From contig NW_027192202.1 of NCBI RefSeq assembly GCF_041956535.1, forward strand, positions 386,654-450,653: DNA of 64,000 bases, written 5' to 3'. Made by a program: the position numbers and the translations under genes. Below, one piece after another: positions 44,101 through 57,592 of the stretch (positions are counted from its first letter, which is position 1; each line of letters opens with the position of its first letter). Under the pieces are notes generated by a model. It searched no databases. It was not told where the DNA came from and worked only from the letters and a program-made list of their open reading frames with translations. Source of the DNA: Calcarisporiella thermophila CBS 279.70 (lineage: Eukaryota > Fungi > Calcarisporiellomycota).

Positions 44101-45390
44101 TGTATCTTCAGCTCCCTGCCGGTCAAAATGCAACTGTTGCTGTGATGAGTTATTCCGGTTATGACATTGAGGATGCACTTGTTCTTAACAAGTCCTCTCT
44201 TGATCGCGGCTTCGGGCGCTGCCAAGTGATGAGAAAATATGCTACGGTGATTCGCAAGTATGCCAATGGTACATATGATCGATTAGTCGACCCGCCTCCG
44301 GAAGATTCAGACATGTTCACCGAGAGGCACAAAATTCTAGAGCCTGACGGTCTTGCTGGGGCAGGAGAACGAGTAGAGCCCCACATGATTTACATCAATA
44401 AGCAATCACCTACTAATACAAGCATGGATATCGGCGTCGGCACACAGCAGGCGCAGACGATTCAATTCAAAAACACGCCCATGTCGTACAAGAGTCCTAT
44501 TTCTGGTTACATCGACAAGGTACTGTTGACCACCGCAGACAACGATCAAACGTTGATCAAGGTCCTTATTCGACAAACGCGTCGTCCTGAACTTGGCGAC
44601 AAGTTCTCATCCCGTCACGGACAGAAAGGTGTTTGCGGCATCATCGTACAACAAGAAGACATGCCTTTCACCGATCTTGGCATCTGCCCTGACATTATCA
44701 TGAATCCTCACGGTTTTCCTTCTCGAATGACAGTCGGAAAGATGATTGAGCTACTGGCTGGAAAAGCTGGAGTGCTTGCCGGGCAGCGACAATACGGAAC
44801 AGCGTTTGGTGGGAGTAAGGTTGAGGATATGAGCAGAATTTTAATTGAACATGGATTCAGTTACTCTGGAAAAGATTATGTGACTTCTGGTAATATCCCC
44901 TGGTTCCCCTCTCTCCCCCGTTGACGTTCTGATTCTCTAAACACTCCCCGTTTATTGTATCAATGTAGGTATTACTGGTGAACCGCTATCTGCATATATC
45001 TTCTTTGGCCCGGTGTTCTACCAGAAATTAAAGCACATGGTAGTCGATAAAATGCACGCTCGTTCTCGTGGACCACGCGCTGTCCTCACTCGTCAACCAA
45101 CTGAAGGTCGTTCGCGAGATGGTGGTCTTCGTCTCGGTGAGATGGAGCGTGATTGTTTGATCGGTCACGGAACTAGTATGTTGCTTCTAGAGCGTCTGAT
45201 GATTTCGTCTGATCAGTTCGAGGTGAATGTGTGCGAGCAGTGTGGTTTAATCGGTTATACGGGCTGGTGCCAGTACTGCCGTAGCAGCAAATCTATGGTC
45301 AACATGCAGATCCCATATGCAGCAAAACTTCTGTTCCAAGAACTACAGAGTATGAATATTCTTCCTAGATTGATCTTGGAAGAGTTCTGA
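41128..45390 (+). CDS. RPC2: RNA polymerase III second-largest subunit (RPC2/Ret1), multi-exon
   Basis: [77 protein letters not shown] and a C-terminal Zn ribbon. Confidence 0.96.
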
Positions 45391-45640
45391 TTTCGAAAAC
45401 TTAGAAAATCATTTCGCATATCTTTCTTCTAACTATATTCTTGTATGTAATTACAAAATAAAATTTTATAATCACCCAATCTCTATATATGAATTAGTAG
45501 CCTGAATGAGATCAACGCGTTATCATTTCGATTCGGGATCAGGTTAGGTTAGAATTTTGCAAGGCTCGAGGCCATAGCCCCTCGTTTTTCCAGCTCTCAC
45601 CTTTTAATCATTTTCGCTCTAACTAGTTCCGTTGTAAAAC

Positions 45641-48302
45641 ATGGTAAGAGATTCTGCTTACTTGTTTGGCGTATACCTCTCAATGTATTTTTGAGAACCG
45701 TAAGTTATAAACAATCGTACTACTTGCTTCTTGTTTATTTAGGCTGGGGCACTTGAGAACGCAAAAAACCTGCCAAAGATCCGTGATGCTGAGAAGGAAA
45801 GCGAATTTGGTTATATTTTTGGTGTTTCAGGTCCAGGTGCGTAAAAGATTTCGACTTTAGAGGAAGTCATAACGGAAAGGAAAATCAATAGGCGGGAATG
45901 TCGCGATATTTATCATTCATCTAATTCAATAATTGTCGTTATTTTTTATAGTCGTCGTTGCAGAACAAATGACTGGATCTGCAATGTATGAACTGGTAAG
46001 TTTATGGTTAGCCAACTTTTGAGTTGTTCATCCCGCTTGTAAAATACAATGCAGTGTCCAAGCTCCACCCGGGCCAATATTGATATCTGCAATCAATTTT
46101 TATTCGCGTACTACTTCAGATGATTGACTAGATTTATTTGTTCTATAGGTACGCGTTGGACATTTTGAACTAGTTGGTGAAATCATTCGCATTGAGGGCG
46201 ATAAAGCGACGATCCAGGTTTATGAGGACACAGGTAATGTTAAAATTGATTTTTATCCAGATGAAGATTGCAGAATATTTAATCGCCGGCTCCTTTCCCT
46301 AGCCGGTCTCACGGTCGGCGATCCAGTGCTTCGTACCGGAAAACCACTCTCGGTTGAGCTAGGGCCTGGATTAATGAGCAATATTTTTGATGGTATCCAG
46401 CGCCCTCTTGAGGTTATCCAGAAGCAATCTAATAGCATTTACATTCCTCGTGGCATTGCTGTTCCGGCTCTTGAAAAGAAAACGTTATGGGACTTTGAAC
46501 CAGCCAATTTCAAGGTATGATGTCTCTGAATAATTGAATGTAAGAGTAACTTACCGATCCTTCCTTAGGTTGGTGACCATATAACGGGTGGCGATGTTTA
46601 TGGACATGTTTTTGAAAACAGCCTTGTTAGAGATCATGCGATTTTACTTCCACCCCGTGCTCTAGGCACTGTCACGTATATTGCTGAGAAAGGACAGTAC
46701 TCTCTTGAAGATGTTGTGCTTGAGACGGAGTTTGATGGTCAAAAACAAAAATTCACGATGATGCATATGTGGCCAGTACGTTCACCGCGCCCCGTTGCCG
46801 AAAAATTGTCAGCAGACTTCCCACTGCTTACCGGCCAGCGTGTGCTTGATGCCCTTTTCCCGTACTTATTTACCAGCTCAGATTCGATTCATTGCAGTAT
46901 ACTATAATGCTTTTTTGTTTTCATAGATCGGTTCAGGGTGGAACCACTGCCATTCCTGGCGCTTTCGGTTGTGGCAAGACCGTGATTTCTCAGGCCGTAT
47001 CCAAGTATTCTAACTCGGATATTATCATCTATGTGGGTTGTGGTGAGCGTGGAAATGAGATGGCTGAAGTACTTATGGACTTCCCTGAATTATCGATTGA
47101 GGTCGGCGGCAGACAGGAGTCAATCATGAAACGTACCACCCTCGTCGCCAACACATCGAACATGCCTGTGGCCGCACGTGAAGCTTCTATTTACACTGGT
47201 AAATTTGATATCTTTTTAAATATCGATGTTTATTCCTTTCGAATATTGTTTTTACAATTTTTTATTACTTCTTCCCCTAACTCTTTATAGGCATTACTCT
47301 CTCTGAATACTTCCGTGATCAAGGCAAGGACGTTACCATGATGGCCGATTCTACCTCCCGATGGGCTGAAGCGCTCCGTGAAATCTCGGGACGTCTTGCA
47401 GAGATGCCTGCAGATAGCGGTTACCCCGCTTACCTGGGTGCTCGTCTCGCTTCATTCTATGAACGCGCAGGAAAAGTCCACTGTCTTGGCAACCCAAGAC
47501 GTACCGGCAGTGTAACTGTGGTCGGCGCTGTCTCCCCACCGGGCGGTGATTTCTCTGATCCCGTTACCGCCTCTACGCTTGGTATTGTTCAAGTGTTCTG
47601 GGGCTTGGACAAGAAGCTCGCCCAGCGAAAGCATTTCCCATCTGTCAATTGGTCGCTCTCCTACTCCAAGTATATGAAGGTGCTCGAGCCTTACTATGAA
47701 AAGGCAGACCCAGAATTCGTTTCTCTTCGCAACAAGTGCAAGGAGATTCTGCAGATGGAAGAAGATTTGGCTGAAATTGTCCAGCTTGTCGGCAAGGTAA
47801 GGCTCCAAAGACAAATTCAAATCATTCCAAGATCTATATAAACATATCCCTTACCTTGCCCAAACCAACTAATGCGTTTTATTGTAGAGTGCGCTTGGCG
47901 AAACCGACAAAATTACGCTAGAAATTGCCAGAGTCATCAAGGATGATTTCCTGCAACAAAACGGCTACTCGAATTACGACCGATACTGCCCGTTCTACAA
48001 GACAGTATGGATGCTGCGCAATATGATCACCTTCTATAACCTCGCGGTGCATGCCGTTGAGGCGACCAACAACCAGGTCACTTGGGCCCGCATTCGCGAG
48101 ACAATGAGTGATATTCTCTACAAGTTGAGCTCGATGAAATTTGAGGTAATGAAGACAGGTCATATATTCTTGGTGAGCTGACTTATTAACCATTTTTTAT
48201 TGATTTAACTAGGACCCCGCTGATGGCGAGAATGTGCTGCGGGAACGCTACCAGAGTCTGTACAAGGAGATGGAACAACGCTTCCGTGATCTTGAAGTGT
48301 AG
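45641..48302 (+). CDS. VMA1: V-type H+-ATPase catalytic subunit A; first coding exon is ATG only; no intein
   Basis: Walker [22 protein letters not shown] uninterrupted, [14 protein letters not shown] and [12 protein letters not shown]. Confidence 0.98.
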
Positions 48303-48409
48303 AACCCTCCTCGCATTACTTAACCTTATTCTATTTCTTTCACTTTTTTTTTTACAGAAAATAAAATACAAGCTTTTATTATATAGACACAGAACTTAAT
48401 CGGTTAGTT

Positions 48410-49324
48410 TCATGTTGAGGTTGATTCTGTAGGGGATGGATTTCCAACAAGATCCTGTAGCACCGTCTTGGCTCGGTCAATTCGTGACAGATTACCAGGC
48501 AACGACTATAGGACATAGTGAAAAAGAGAGATACCAAGAAATTGAGCCACACAAACTAGGGTCACTGCAGAGGCAGAGAAGAGGCCTACCTGGCGTAATT
48601 CTGCGAGCATTTTGACGCTCTGCTCATAATCTTGCTTGATGGAATCTTCTCGTGGAATATCTGGGGAATAAAATATTATAGAACCATAGCCTATTGACAT
48701 TGTAAATGATACAATAACTCACCATACTCCATCGACATGTCGTATTCATTCTCTAGCTCTTCCAAGCCCTCAAACACGACACGATCGGACAACATTGACT
48801 GCCGCAGAACCACATCTTGCATTAGCTTTTCTATCTGGTCAGGAATATTTTTGCGACGCTCAGCAACTTTAAGGGTCAGCTCCTCGGCTCTATTGTGAAG
48901 TTCGATAAGCTTGGAATTAAGTTCCTCATCGAATGGTTCGATTTCTGATGAAATGGTGAGGTAAAGCGGGTTACAATTAATAGAAAAGGCTCGGGTGTAC
49001 GTGCAGCAACTTGCCTTCCACTTCTTCAAAGGCTTGGTCATAATCCTGACCATTGACTAACATGCTTTTTCCCGCCATACTAAAAATAGCTTCTATCCAC
49101 TAGATAATAAAGAATTATTGTCATTGACGCGAGAACTAAAATAATGCCGATGCTATCTTTACATTGTTCATGAGGTCTTCCACATCTTTCTTTGTTTTCG
49201 AATTTTCTGTTGCGCATTTTTCTGCTAGTGCTGCAAAAGCAGCCTCTTGCAATTGTTGTTTCAAGTAGATAACATCATCTTTTGTATCTACGGCTATCTT
49301 TGGGATGTCACCATTCCGCTCCAT
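48410..49324 (-). CDS. NSL1: Kinetochore Mis12-complex subunit Nsl1/Mis14-like, multi-exon
   Basis: PKIAVDTKDDVIYL, SMLVNG, EIEPFDEEL...LTLKVAERRKNIP and C-terminal LPGNLSRIDRAKTV. Confidence 0.75.
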
Positions 49325-49674
49325 CGCGTTAATGAAATATTAAATTTTGATGCATTTCCAGGAGTCGTGGATTCAAATAGAGCATTCCAAGCCACAGTGA
49401 GGTCACAAGGAGGAGCATGCAACTTAAAAAGAGTCTCCATATTTCATAGCATCTGTAGGAGGATGATACTGCCTTGCTTCCTCAAGACGTACTGAAACTA
49501 GTGTCACAGTAGAATACCCTTTCACTCCATTCACAAGGCAAATCCATTGCCCGAACCATTTCGTTGTCTAGCCCGCAGTCGTTCGATTTTCCGTGGAATA
49601 TTCATTTCATTACCTCCTTCCAGCTCTATATTAGGTCAACTCTCGAGTAATTGAACAAGCAGGATAAATCTCCA

Positions 49675-52645
49675 ATGTCAACGCCAGCTGATATCGCATC
49701 TCTCTCGAAAATCTTGCAACCATCTCAAGAGGGAGAGCTCGACCAATTCATCCGGGACTCTTTTGCAAAGGTAAAAATGCCTTCGAATTCATTTGGCACC
49801 GTAGAAGTAGCTATACCATTTGCATTTTAGGGCATCGACTTGAGAGAATATGCTCAACAAATTGAACGGGATCTGAGCACGATAGAAAAAGAACACGAAG
49901 ATGACTGTATGAATAGGAAACAATATTTTTGCAACTCTTTGACTAACGTGGATTGAAATTTGAATGCAGATGTAAGACAGACTGAGAATTTTGTCCTGTT
50001 GCATCAACAAATTGAGTCTTGCGATAGCATTCTGGAAACCATGGAGAATATGCTCAGCACATTTCAATCAGATCTGGGCAAGATTAGTGCGGAGATTCAA
50101 ACTCTCCAGGATAGATCCTCTTCGATGGCTATCAAGCTGAAGAATAGAAAGGCAAGTTCAGATGGTGTGTAAAATGGTCAAGAAATGATTTTTTTAACGG
50201 CAAGAAAAAATATTAGGGAGTAGAGGATAAGCTTAGCGAAGTGCTTGATGGCCTCGTTGTCCCCCCCTATATGATTAAGTATGAAGCGGTGGTAGTAATC
50301 TTCTATAATTGATCATTTATATGAAGTGCTGCTTTTTACTAGGAAAATATTCGAAAGCGACATTGATGATGTTTGGATAGCCTACCTGACGGAAATTGAC
50401 AAAAAGATGGGCTATGTTAAATCGAATCGCGACAAGAGCATACGGGCGCTTAGAGATGTTGGTCCGAAATTGGAGAAACTTCGATTAAAGGTAATTCGTT
50501 CAGTATAAAGGATAGGGTACCTGGCGACAGTGATCATTCAACTTTTTTGAATTTTTCTTCTCAACCGTCTAGGCCGCTGACAAAATCCGGGAGTTCTTAC
50601 TTAACAAAATTCGTTCCCTTCGCATACCCAACACCAATGTTCAGATCATCCAGCAATCTATATTACATAAACACAAACCTCTTTTTGGATTCCTAATGGA
50701 GAGGCACAGAGAAGCAGCCGCTGAAGTGCGTCAAACATACGTGAACACAATGCGTTGGTATTATTTTAATCATTTCGAGCGCTATCTTCGAGGACTGCAG
50801 AAACTTCAGGTATGCAAACGGTCAGCCCCAAACATTCAAAATGGCTGATAACATCCTTGTCTCTAAACATTATATAGCTTACCATTGCCGATAAAAACCA
50901 TTTGATTGGTCAAGAGGAAGGAGGAATGCTAGGTAAATCTATCGATTGTTGGTTAAACCACCTGTTGCAGAGGTTAGGTTATTAACCATTGGTGTATATT
51001 GTATTAGCGGGTCCATTTGTGTCTAAACTCGCACTGAAAGATAAAAGCAATGTATTTGCGTTGGGTGACCGTTCAGAAATCTTAAAAAATCCGGAAAATA
51101 ACATTGTTTTGATTCATATTGCAGAACAGAATAACCAGGTGACTCTATTAAATGTCAATAACAGTCGATCTCTAATTAACATTTTTTTCATATGCTTAGA
51201 AATATCCCTATGAAGCCCTCTTTCGTAGCTTCAATTTGACAATGATAGACAACGCAAGTACGGAGTATCTCTTCTTGGTTGAATTTTTCTCTCGTGACGA
51301 AAAATCGGCCACTGAGATAGCAAAGAGCGCGTTTATCGATATATTTGAACCGACACAGAAGATGGGCTTGGTAGAAAATATAATCTCTGTTCTTTTTTTT
51401 TACTAGGTGATTGATTTGACTATTTTTTTTTTAAAACAGAATGCAACCAAGCAGTTTGTGGAGACCAGCCACGATGCGGTTGGTATACTCCTTTGCATCC
51501 GCATCAATATGCAATTATCACTTGAGCTTCAGAGGCGTCGCGTTCCAGCTCTCGAAAGCTATACCAACGCGACCAATATGCTCTTATGGCCACGGTTTCA
51601 ATTAATCATGAACAAGCATATTGAGAGCGTGAAGAAGGCCGTATCCAAGATTAGTGCTAAAGATACTCATCCACATTATGTGAGTCGAAGCCTTTTAAAA
51701 TTCACCGCCAAACTTCAACTCATCCTCTCCATACTGAACACAGATTACAAGACGCTTTGCTGAATTTGCTGCGTCGCTTCTCGTGCTCAATGATGATTAC
51801 AACGATGCCATATTAATTCAAAGGTAGAGTTTTTGACACGAGCTGCCACTCTTTGGTGCAACTGAATTTTTCTCCCGCTCTTCTCTAGTTTGCAGAGATT
51901 GAGGAACGAGGTGGATGCCCTCCTCAATAAGATTTCGGCCGAGTTTTCGGATCGGAAAAATAGCCTCATATTCTTGATTAATAACTACGACTTGGTTATC
52001 ACCGTCTTAACGGTACTGTCTAAATTCAGATGCTGATTTGTTGCCATTCTCTTTTCTCACCTCATTCCCCCTCTTTGTTTTTTCAATGGTATAGGGTGCC
52101 GGTGGGAAATCGGTTGAACCCGAAATAGATCACTTCCGCACGCTTCTAACCGGCCGTATTAATGCCTACACGGAGGAGGAACTTGCACCGCATTTTGGAG
52201 ACTTGATCAAACTTGTCAAGCAGGCTGAACAGGACAAAGAAAAAGAATACTCTGCACGTAAGTATTCTCCTCGCACTCCAACATTCACGCGCAAGCAGCC
52301 CTGCTAAAAATTTTTTTTTCTATCCCTTTTACGTTAATTTATCCTTGCCAAATAACAGAGAGTCTTGAACAGGTTGCCCTTAGTTTCAACAACAACTGGC
52401 GTCAAGCGCTAAGCATCATTAATTCTTCGGTCATACGCAATTTCTCAAATTTTAAAAATGGAACCACCGTGCTTCACGCAGTTCTTGGGCAATTGATTGT
52501 GTACTACACGCGATTCCATGTCATTTTGGAGGAAAGGGCTGCTCGCCGAGGAAAAGATGGGCCCCCTGGGTATGGCTTCAGGCGGCAGCCCGTGGGAGTG
52601 CAGACGGTGATGGTGGAGATCAAAAAGTTTAGGTCCAATTTTTGA
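49675..52645 (+). CDS. VPS52: GARP/EARP complex subunit Vps52 (Sac2 family), multi-exon
   Basis: GIDLREYA, CDSILETMENMLSTFQSDLGKISAEI, LEKLRLKAADKIREFL, DNASTEYLF, LWPRFQ, FLINNYDL and MVEIKKFRSNF. Confidence 0.94.
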
Positions 52646-52932
52646 GCTATCTAGACATTTTTTTTCCTCGAAAAACATCTATACCCTATGATACTTTATT
52701 TCTTTTTTCTCTTCTAAGTGCTATACTGCACTCATGGTTTCTCCTCTCCTTTTATTTTATTTCTCTTTCCCCAATTTCACGTTTCCTCCTGTACCTATAA
52801 TAAATCTAGAGCGCAAGAAATTTGGAATAACCCCTTAATTCTAAGCCACACTGCAAAGTCCTTTTTCGAGAGGCAAGATTACTTTTTCTAGCTTCTCCTC
52901 TTTCACACTACATCCACTAGTCGACAATCGCC

Positions 52933-53687
52933 ATGGGTAAGTAAATACTCGCAGAGAGCACTTGGGGGTTATAAGGGGAACCTTGGATGGATGGATGGAT
53001 GGTTGGATGCTGGAATGTATCCATCTTGCTGAGTGGCATGATTGAAGCACGGCGTTCATCCGGACCATGACAGCATGGCCACCTCCATCCATGGACGATT
53101 TTTTCTGAGAGAGACCATGCACTAATTGATTGTGATCTTCTGCAGGTAAAGGAAAGCCGAGAGGTATGAATGCGGCCCGCAAGCTGCGCAACCACCGCCG
53201 CGAGGAGCGCTGGGCTGACAAGCAGTACAAGAAGCGTGCTCTCGGCACTATGTGGAAATCGTCTCCTTTCCAGGGTGCCTCTCACGCCAAGGGTATTGTG
53301 TTGGAAAAGATGTAGGTGTTTTGATTGCTTGGTCATATTGATGAGAGTGACAGAACTGGACCGACAAAAATATGGAATGAATGGACTAACCCATGGATTC
53401 CTTTGACTTGCTCCTGTAGTGGTGTTGAAGCCAAACAGCCCAACTCTGCCATTCGTAAGTGTGTGCGTGTCCAGCTCGTCAAGAACGGCAAGAAGGTCAC
53501 TGCTTTCGTTCCCAACGATGGTTGTCTCAACTTCCTTGAGGAGAACGACGAAGTTTTGATTGCCGGTTTCGGTCGCAAGGGTCGCGCCATTGGTGATATT
53601 CCTGGTGTGCGTTTCAAGGTCGTCAAGGTTGCTGGTGTGTCGCTCTTGGCCTTGTACAAGGAAAAGAAGGAGAAGCCGCGTTCTTAA
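52933..53687 (+). CDS. RPS23: 40S ribosomal protein S23 (uS12), 3 exons
   Basis: MG|[33 protein letters not shown] and KEKKEKPRS. Confidence 0.98.
52985..53008. repeat. (GGAT)n microsatellite in RPS23 intron 1
   Basis: GGATGGATGGATGGATGGTTGGAT. Confidence 0.8.
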
Positions 53688-54028
53688 GCGTGCTTGGTAT
53701 TGGCCTGTTTTCTTCTTTGTCAATAAAATCCTGTAGCAAACTGATGTGTTCATAATGCACTCGGAGAGGGGAGAAAACAGTTTATATTGTCGACTTCTTT
53801 TTCAAAAGAAAAAAATATATATAAATAGCAAGCATTTGACTAGAAACACACGTTAAAGAATAATACGATAGGAAATAAAGGAAAGATATTAAACAAAAAC
53901 TTGACGCCCTTTCAGGACGTATAAGGAACTAAGGAACAGGGCATTTTGGGAAAGGTTGGAGAGCTCCAATGACAGGATAGAATAGATATATCCAAGATAG
54001 GGAGGGAGCCGAAACAGGGCTCCTGGTT

Positions 54029-55454
54029 TTACAAAATAGTGCAGCACATTGTAATCTTTTTCTCCATGGCATCTTTCTCACCATGGCGAATATCGTGACG
54101 ATGTTGGAAATGTGCATTGTGGTGGAGAGGAGCTGGGGGAGGAGGGCGTGGAGCAAACAGGTGAGTAGGCTGGTTGAAAGCGCCAAGATGCTGCTACACA
54201 AATCCCCATATACGTACACACATACGCGTATGAAATAGGTCAGGGCTAATTTGCTCACAGAGCTTAGATATACACTATCTTACCTGACGATAGTACAGAT
54301 CATACTCGCTATCGCTATAAAGATGGGCGTTTCGTCTAGAGCGATATATTTCATGGTTCTTAAATTGAAAAAAAAAAGCGTTAGTGCTCCTGTAATTCCC
54401 CCGGCCGACTTGCACTCTACCTGAGAATTAGAGCTTTGCATCGGGTAAGTAGTATTATCCAATGGCGCCTGCTCGACTCCGTTTACTTTTGCAGCCTCAT
54501 CCTCCTCGGCCGCTTCGTCTGCGCTCACCTCCTCCTTCGTGTCGATCACCGCTTTGACGACGTTTGGAGGAGGCAAGGAGCTTGCTCGACGACGGTTGCG
54601 AATGTCGGCCTTCTCGGCATCGACCACCATCTCCGCCGTCGATTTGGCTTCGTCCGTAGTCACGGGCATGCTCCACATTGCGGCGTACGAAGGAGACAGC
54701 GCCTGCCATCGTTGAAGCAGCCGTTTGGCATCATAGACGCCATAGGGCGTGAAGAAGTAGTCGTCGATGTTGGATTCGTCTAGCTGGATCCGTCGGGCGA
54801 TTGCCGAAGGGATCAGGCAGTCGTGGAAGAGAAGCTCGCGCGGGGGCGTTTCATAATGAACGGAAAAGGGGATATGCTTCACTATCTGCTCTTCGCCGCT
54901 CTCTTGCGCACTGACGGGAGAATTTTCAGGCTTAATCCCGATGTCCTTTCTAACTCCGACGGTTTCACCGCCGTCCCTGACGGACTCCGGGGAGGTGAGG
55001 TTCTCGGAGGAGCCCTTGTTCAGGTTGCGGACAGATTGGATGGAGATACGCTTGCTGGAGCGGCGCGATGGCGACGGCGATGGGACATCCAGAAAGAACT
55101 GGGCCCCGTTCACAGCATACCGTGAGAGGCGATATGCGTTACTTCTCGGGATCCTATTCGAAAAATAAATTAACATCGGGAGTGGCAAACGGCGAAGCAC
55201 TTTCGCGCCATCACAAGGATTACTTGTCGCGACGGTGAAAAGCGGAGGGTAAGTGTCGCTCCGCGGGAGATATTCGGTCAGGAGATATATCAATGATCTC
55301 AACGCTCTATCCGCAAACAAAGCAAGTGGTGAAGCGACTCATTAGACTCCCAATAGTGACCACCAGGATAAGCAAAAACACAGGACAATACCAGGTCGTC
55401 ATTCTTGTTGAAACGCAGTTCGTAAGCAGCTCCTTTTCTTGCGGTGGCTGTCAT
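54029..55454 (-). CDS. Uncharacterised 372-aa protein ending in CCTIL (predicted palmitoylated/geranylgeranylated); exons 55454-55392, 55306-55224, 55153-54421, 54358-54284, 54193-54029
   Basis: Four GT-AG introns join the exons in one continuous frame from MTATARKGAAYELRF to EKKITMCCTIL*. Confidence 0.72.
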
Positions 55455-56158
55455 TTGCCTGAGTGGTTAAATATGTGCAACAACAAAAGAAAAAAATGTA
55501 TATATGAAATGTTGAAGAATGAACTAGAGCGAGTGTGTGATAAAGAGTGTTTAAATAAATGTCAAAGAAAGCTGAATGAACACTTGGGATGAATGAGAGA
55601 CTGGAAACTGTCAGGCTCAAGCAAGGGAAACGGCCATGAAAAGGTTAAAAAAAAAACAAAAATAAAAATGTTGGAGAGGGGAGAGAATATGGCTGTTTTG
55701 CCCGCAATCCTGTTGAGAGCTGCAGACTGCAGAAGAGGATGGAAGAGAGAATGCGCTATGAATATATGACAATGAGGCGGCAGATGCTGGATGAAAAGGC
55801 CAAGGATAAAGGGGAAAATGACCGTGTAATTGACCTGTGGATGAAAGGGGAACACTAATAGGGAGAAAATGCACGGGAATTTATTTGCAAATCAATTTTT
55901 ATTAGTGCGTTTTCTTAGGAAAATCTTGCTGGTCAACGCACACCAAACAAACTTTCCCTTATATCCCTCGAGTGGCTAGGTTTTATTATAACGAGGAGGC
56001 TCGCCCTGTTGCCTCCAAAAACCCTTATGGTCATGACGCAGGGCCTGACGCGCCCTCTTGCTCCGCTTGCACCGTAATACACCTTAATTACTGAGTGTAG
56101 CATTTCTAATTATCTCGAAACATCCTCATATATCATCTTTATTTCATTACCCTTATTA

Positions 56159-57592
56159 ATGAACGCCCACTCGGCCCAATACCCCGTCTCCCCTCGTGGT
56201 TTTCCGCCGGCTGCGCTTCTGAGCCCTACCGCAATCAGAAAAGGCATGTCTCAGGCATAGATGAGTGTATATATATAAATATATATATATTAAACCTGGA
56301 GGATGTGCTGTCAATCTGCCGTCCTCCATTAGCTCAGCTCAGCAGGCTCGATCATGCTCGTTTATTGCTCGCCTCCTAGGGTTGGAGTCCCTGAAAAGGA
56401 TGGAAGCAATTGCATGCAAATAATTTGTAGGCAATAATCATTACAGGGATTTGCAGGGGAAGGATGCTCGGGTCAACTGAAGGCAGTTGTCGCACGAACC
56501 AGAGTTTGATTTTCCCTTGGACTTTTTTGCTTTTCGCTCTACTTTGTTTGTGGTTGCAATCTCCGCCTGATTCCTTTGATCGCGATTCCAGAGACAGTCC
56601 CCCCGATTGGAACAGAAGAAGAATCCTCCATCACGGCGTCCCACGAAGCCCCCATCGATCCCTCCCCACCGAGCCAAGCCGGCTCCCCTCCTCGTCTTGC
56701 TGGAGGCCCTTGGCCAGATCCGCCAACGGGTGCATCCTGGCATTCGGCGCACACGGCTTCCACTGGTCGCGCCACCCCGGAACAGATTGCCTATCACGTT
56801 GCCGAAGCCCTTCTTCGTGATAGGCCTGGGTCGAGATCAGGACGATCCCGCAGACACTCGCGACCTCCTCTCCCGCAATGGCAAAGCGATTGCCAAATCT
56901 CTTCCCTCCGTGACCAGGCAGACCCGACATTATATCGTGCCCGATCCTCACAACTACTCGTGAAATCGTCACCGTGGCGAGAGTCTGAGGCATCCTCCAA
57001 GCCTAGGTCGAGTAGCACTGGAAACCGAAGGAATATGCGCGCAACAAGGAGAAGAGAGTCCCTGCCCTCCCTCGCCGCTGCTCTTGCGTCTACTTCTCGC
57101 GCTGAAGAGCCGTGGCCGACCACAATATCCTCAGCATCGTCCCCCTCATCCAATACAGACATCACGCCCCTTTTCCCGGAAAAAGCATTGACACGCCCGG
57201 CAAAGCCCGGCGTAGCGTTAGCGGGAGCCCACCACTCTCCTGTTCCTGAACAAAGTTTGGATGGATCCTCACTTGCTGAGAAACGCGCTACCGCGTACGA
57301 TACTAACGGGAATATTGGGAACGCCCCCATGAATAGCAAACGAGTGCCATCCGCGCCTCCTCCATTGCCCCTGCCGCGCGACAACTTTTGTACACTTGGC
57401 GCATGGTTGTTTCTGTTCGGGTTCCTATTCCCTCCACTGTGGTGGATAGGCGCATTCTATCCACGAAAGAGCACCGCCAGGTCTGAGTCACGATGGAAGC
57501 GACACAACCAGCTCATGTCGGTTCTAGGACTACTGCTAATCCTAGGGATTATTGCATTGCTTATTTGGTATGCAGTGCAAAGGAAACGCTGA
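56159..57592 (+). CDS. S/P/R-rich disordered protein with two C-terminal TM segments; exon 1 56159-56243, GC-AG intron, exon 2 56592-57592
   Basis: C-terminal WLFLFGFLFPPLWWIGAFYP...RWKRHNQ followed by a TM helix. The upstream ATG exon joins in phase via G|gcatgt...ttccag|AG. Confidence 0.7.

Noticed and set aside
41128-45390. Intein in RPC2 (known in some early-diverging fungi)
   Set aside because: All interruptions are short spliceosomal introns and there is no large in-frame insertion.
46892-47290. VMA1 intein (VDE)
   Set aside because: The insertion site IIYVG|CGERGNE is uninterrupted, with no Hint or LAGLIDADG sequence.
49560-49620. GTTCGA T-loop-like motif suggesting a tRNA
   Set aside because: No cloverleaf stems or A-box could be built around it.
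52841-53753. 278-aa antisense ORF over RPS23
   Set aside because: Mirror of biased ribosomal-protein codons running through introns; no recognisable domain.
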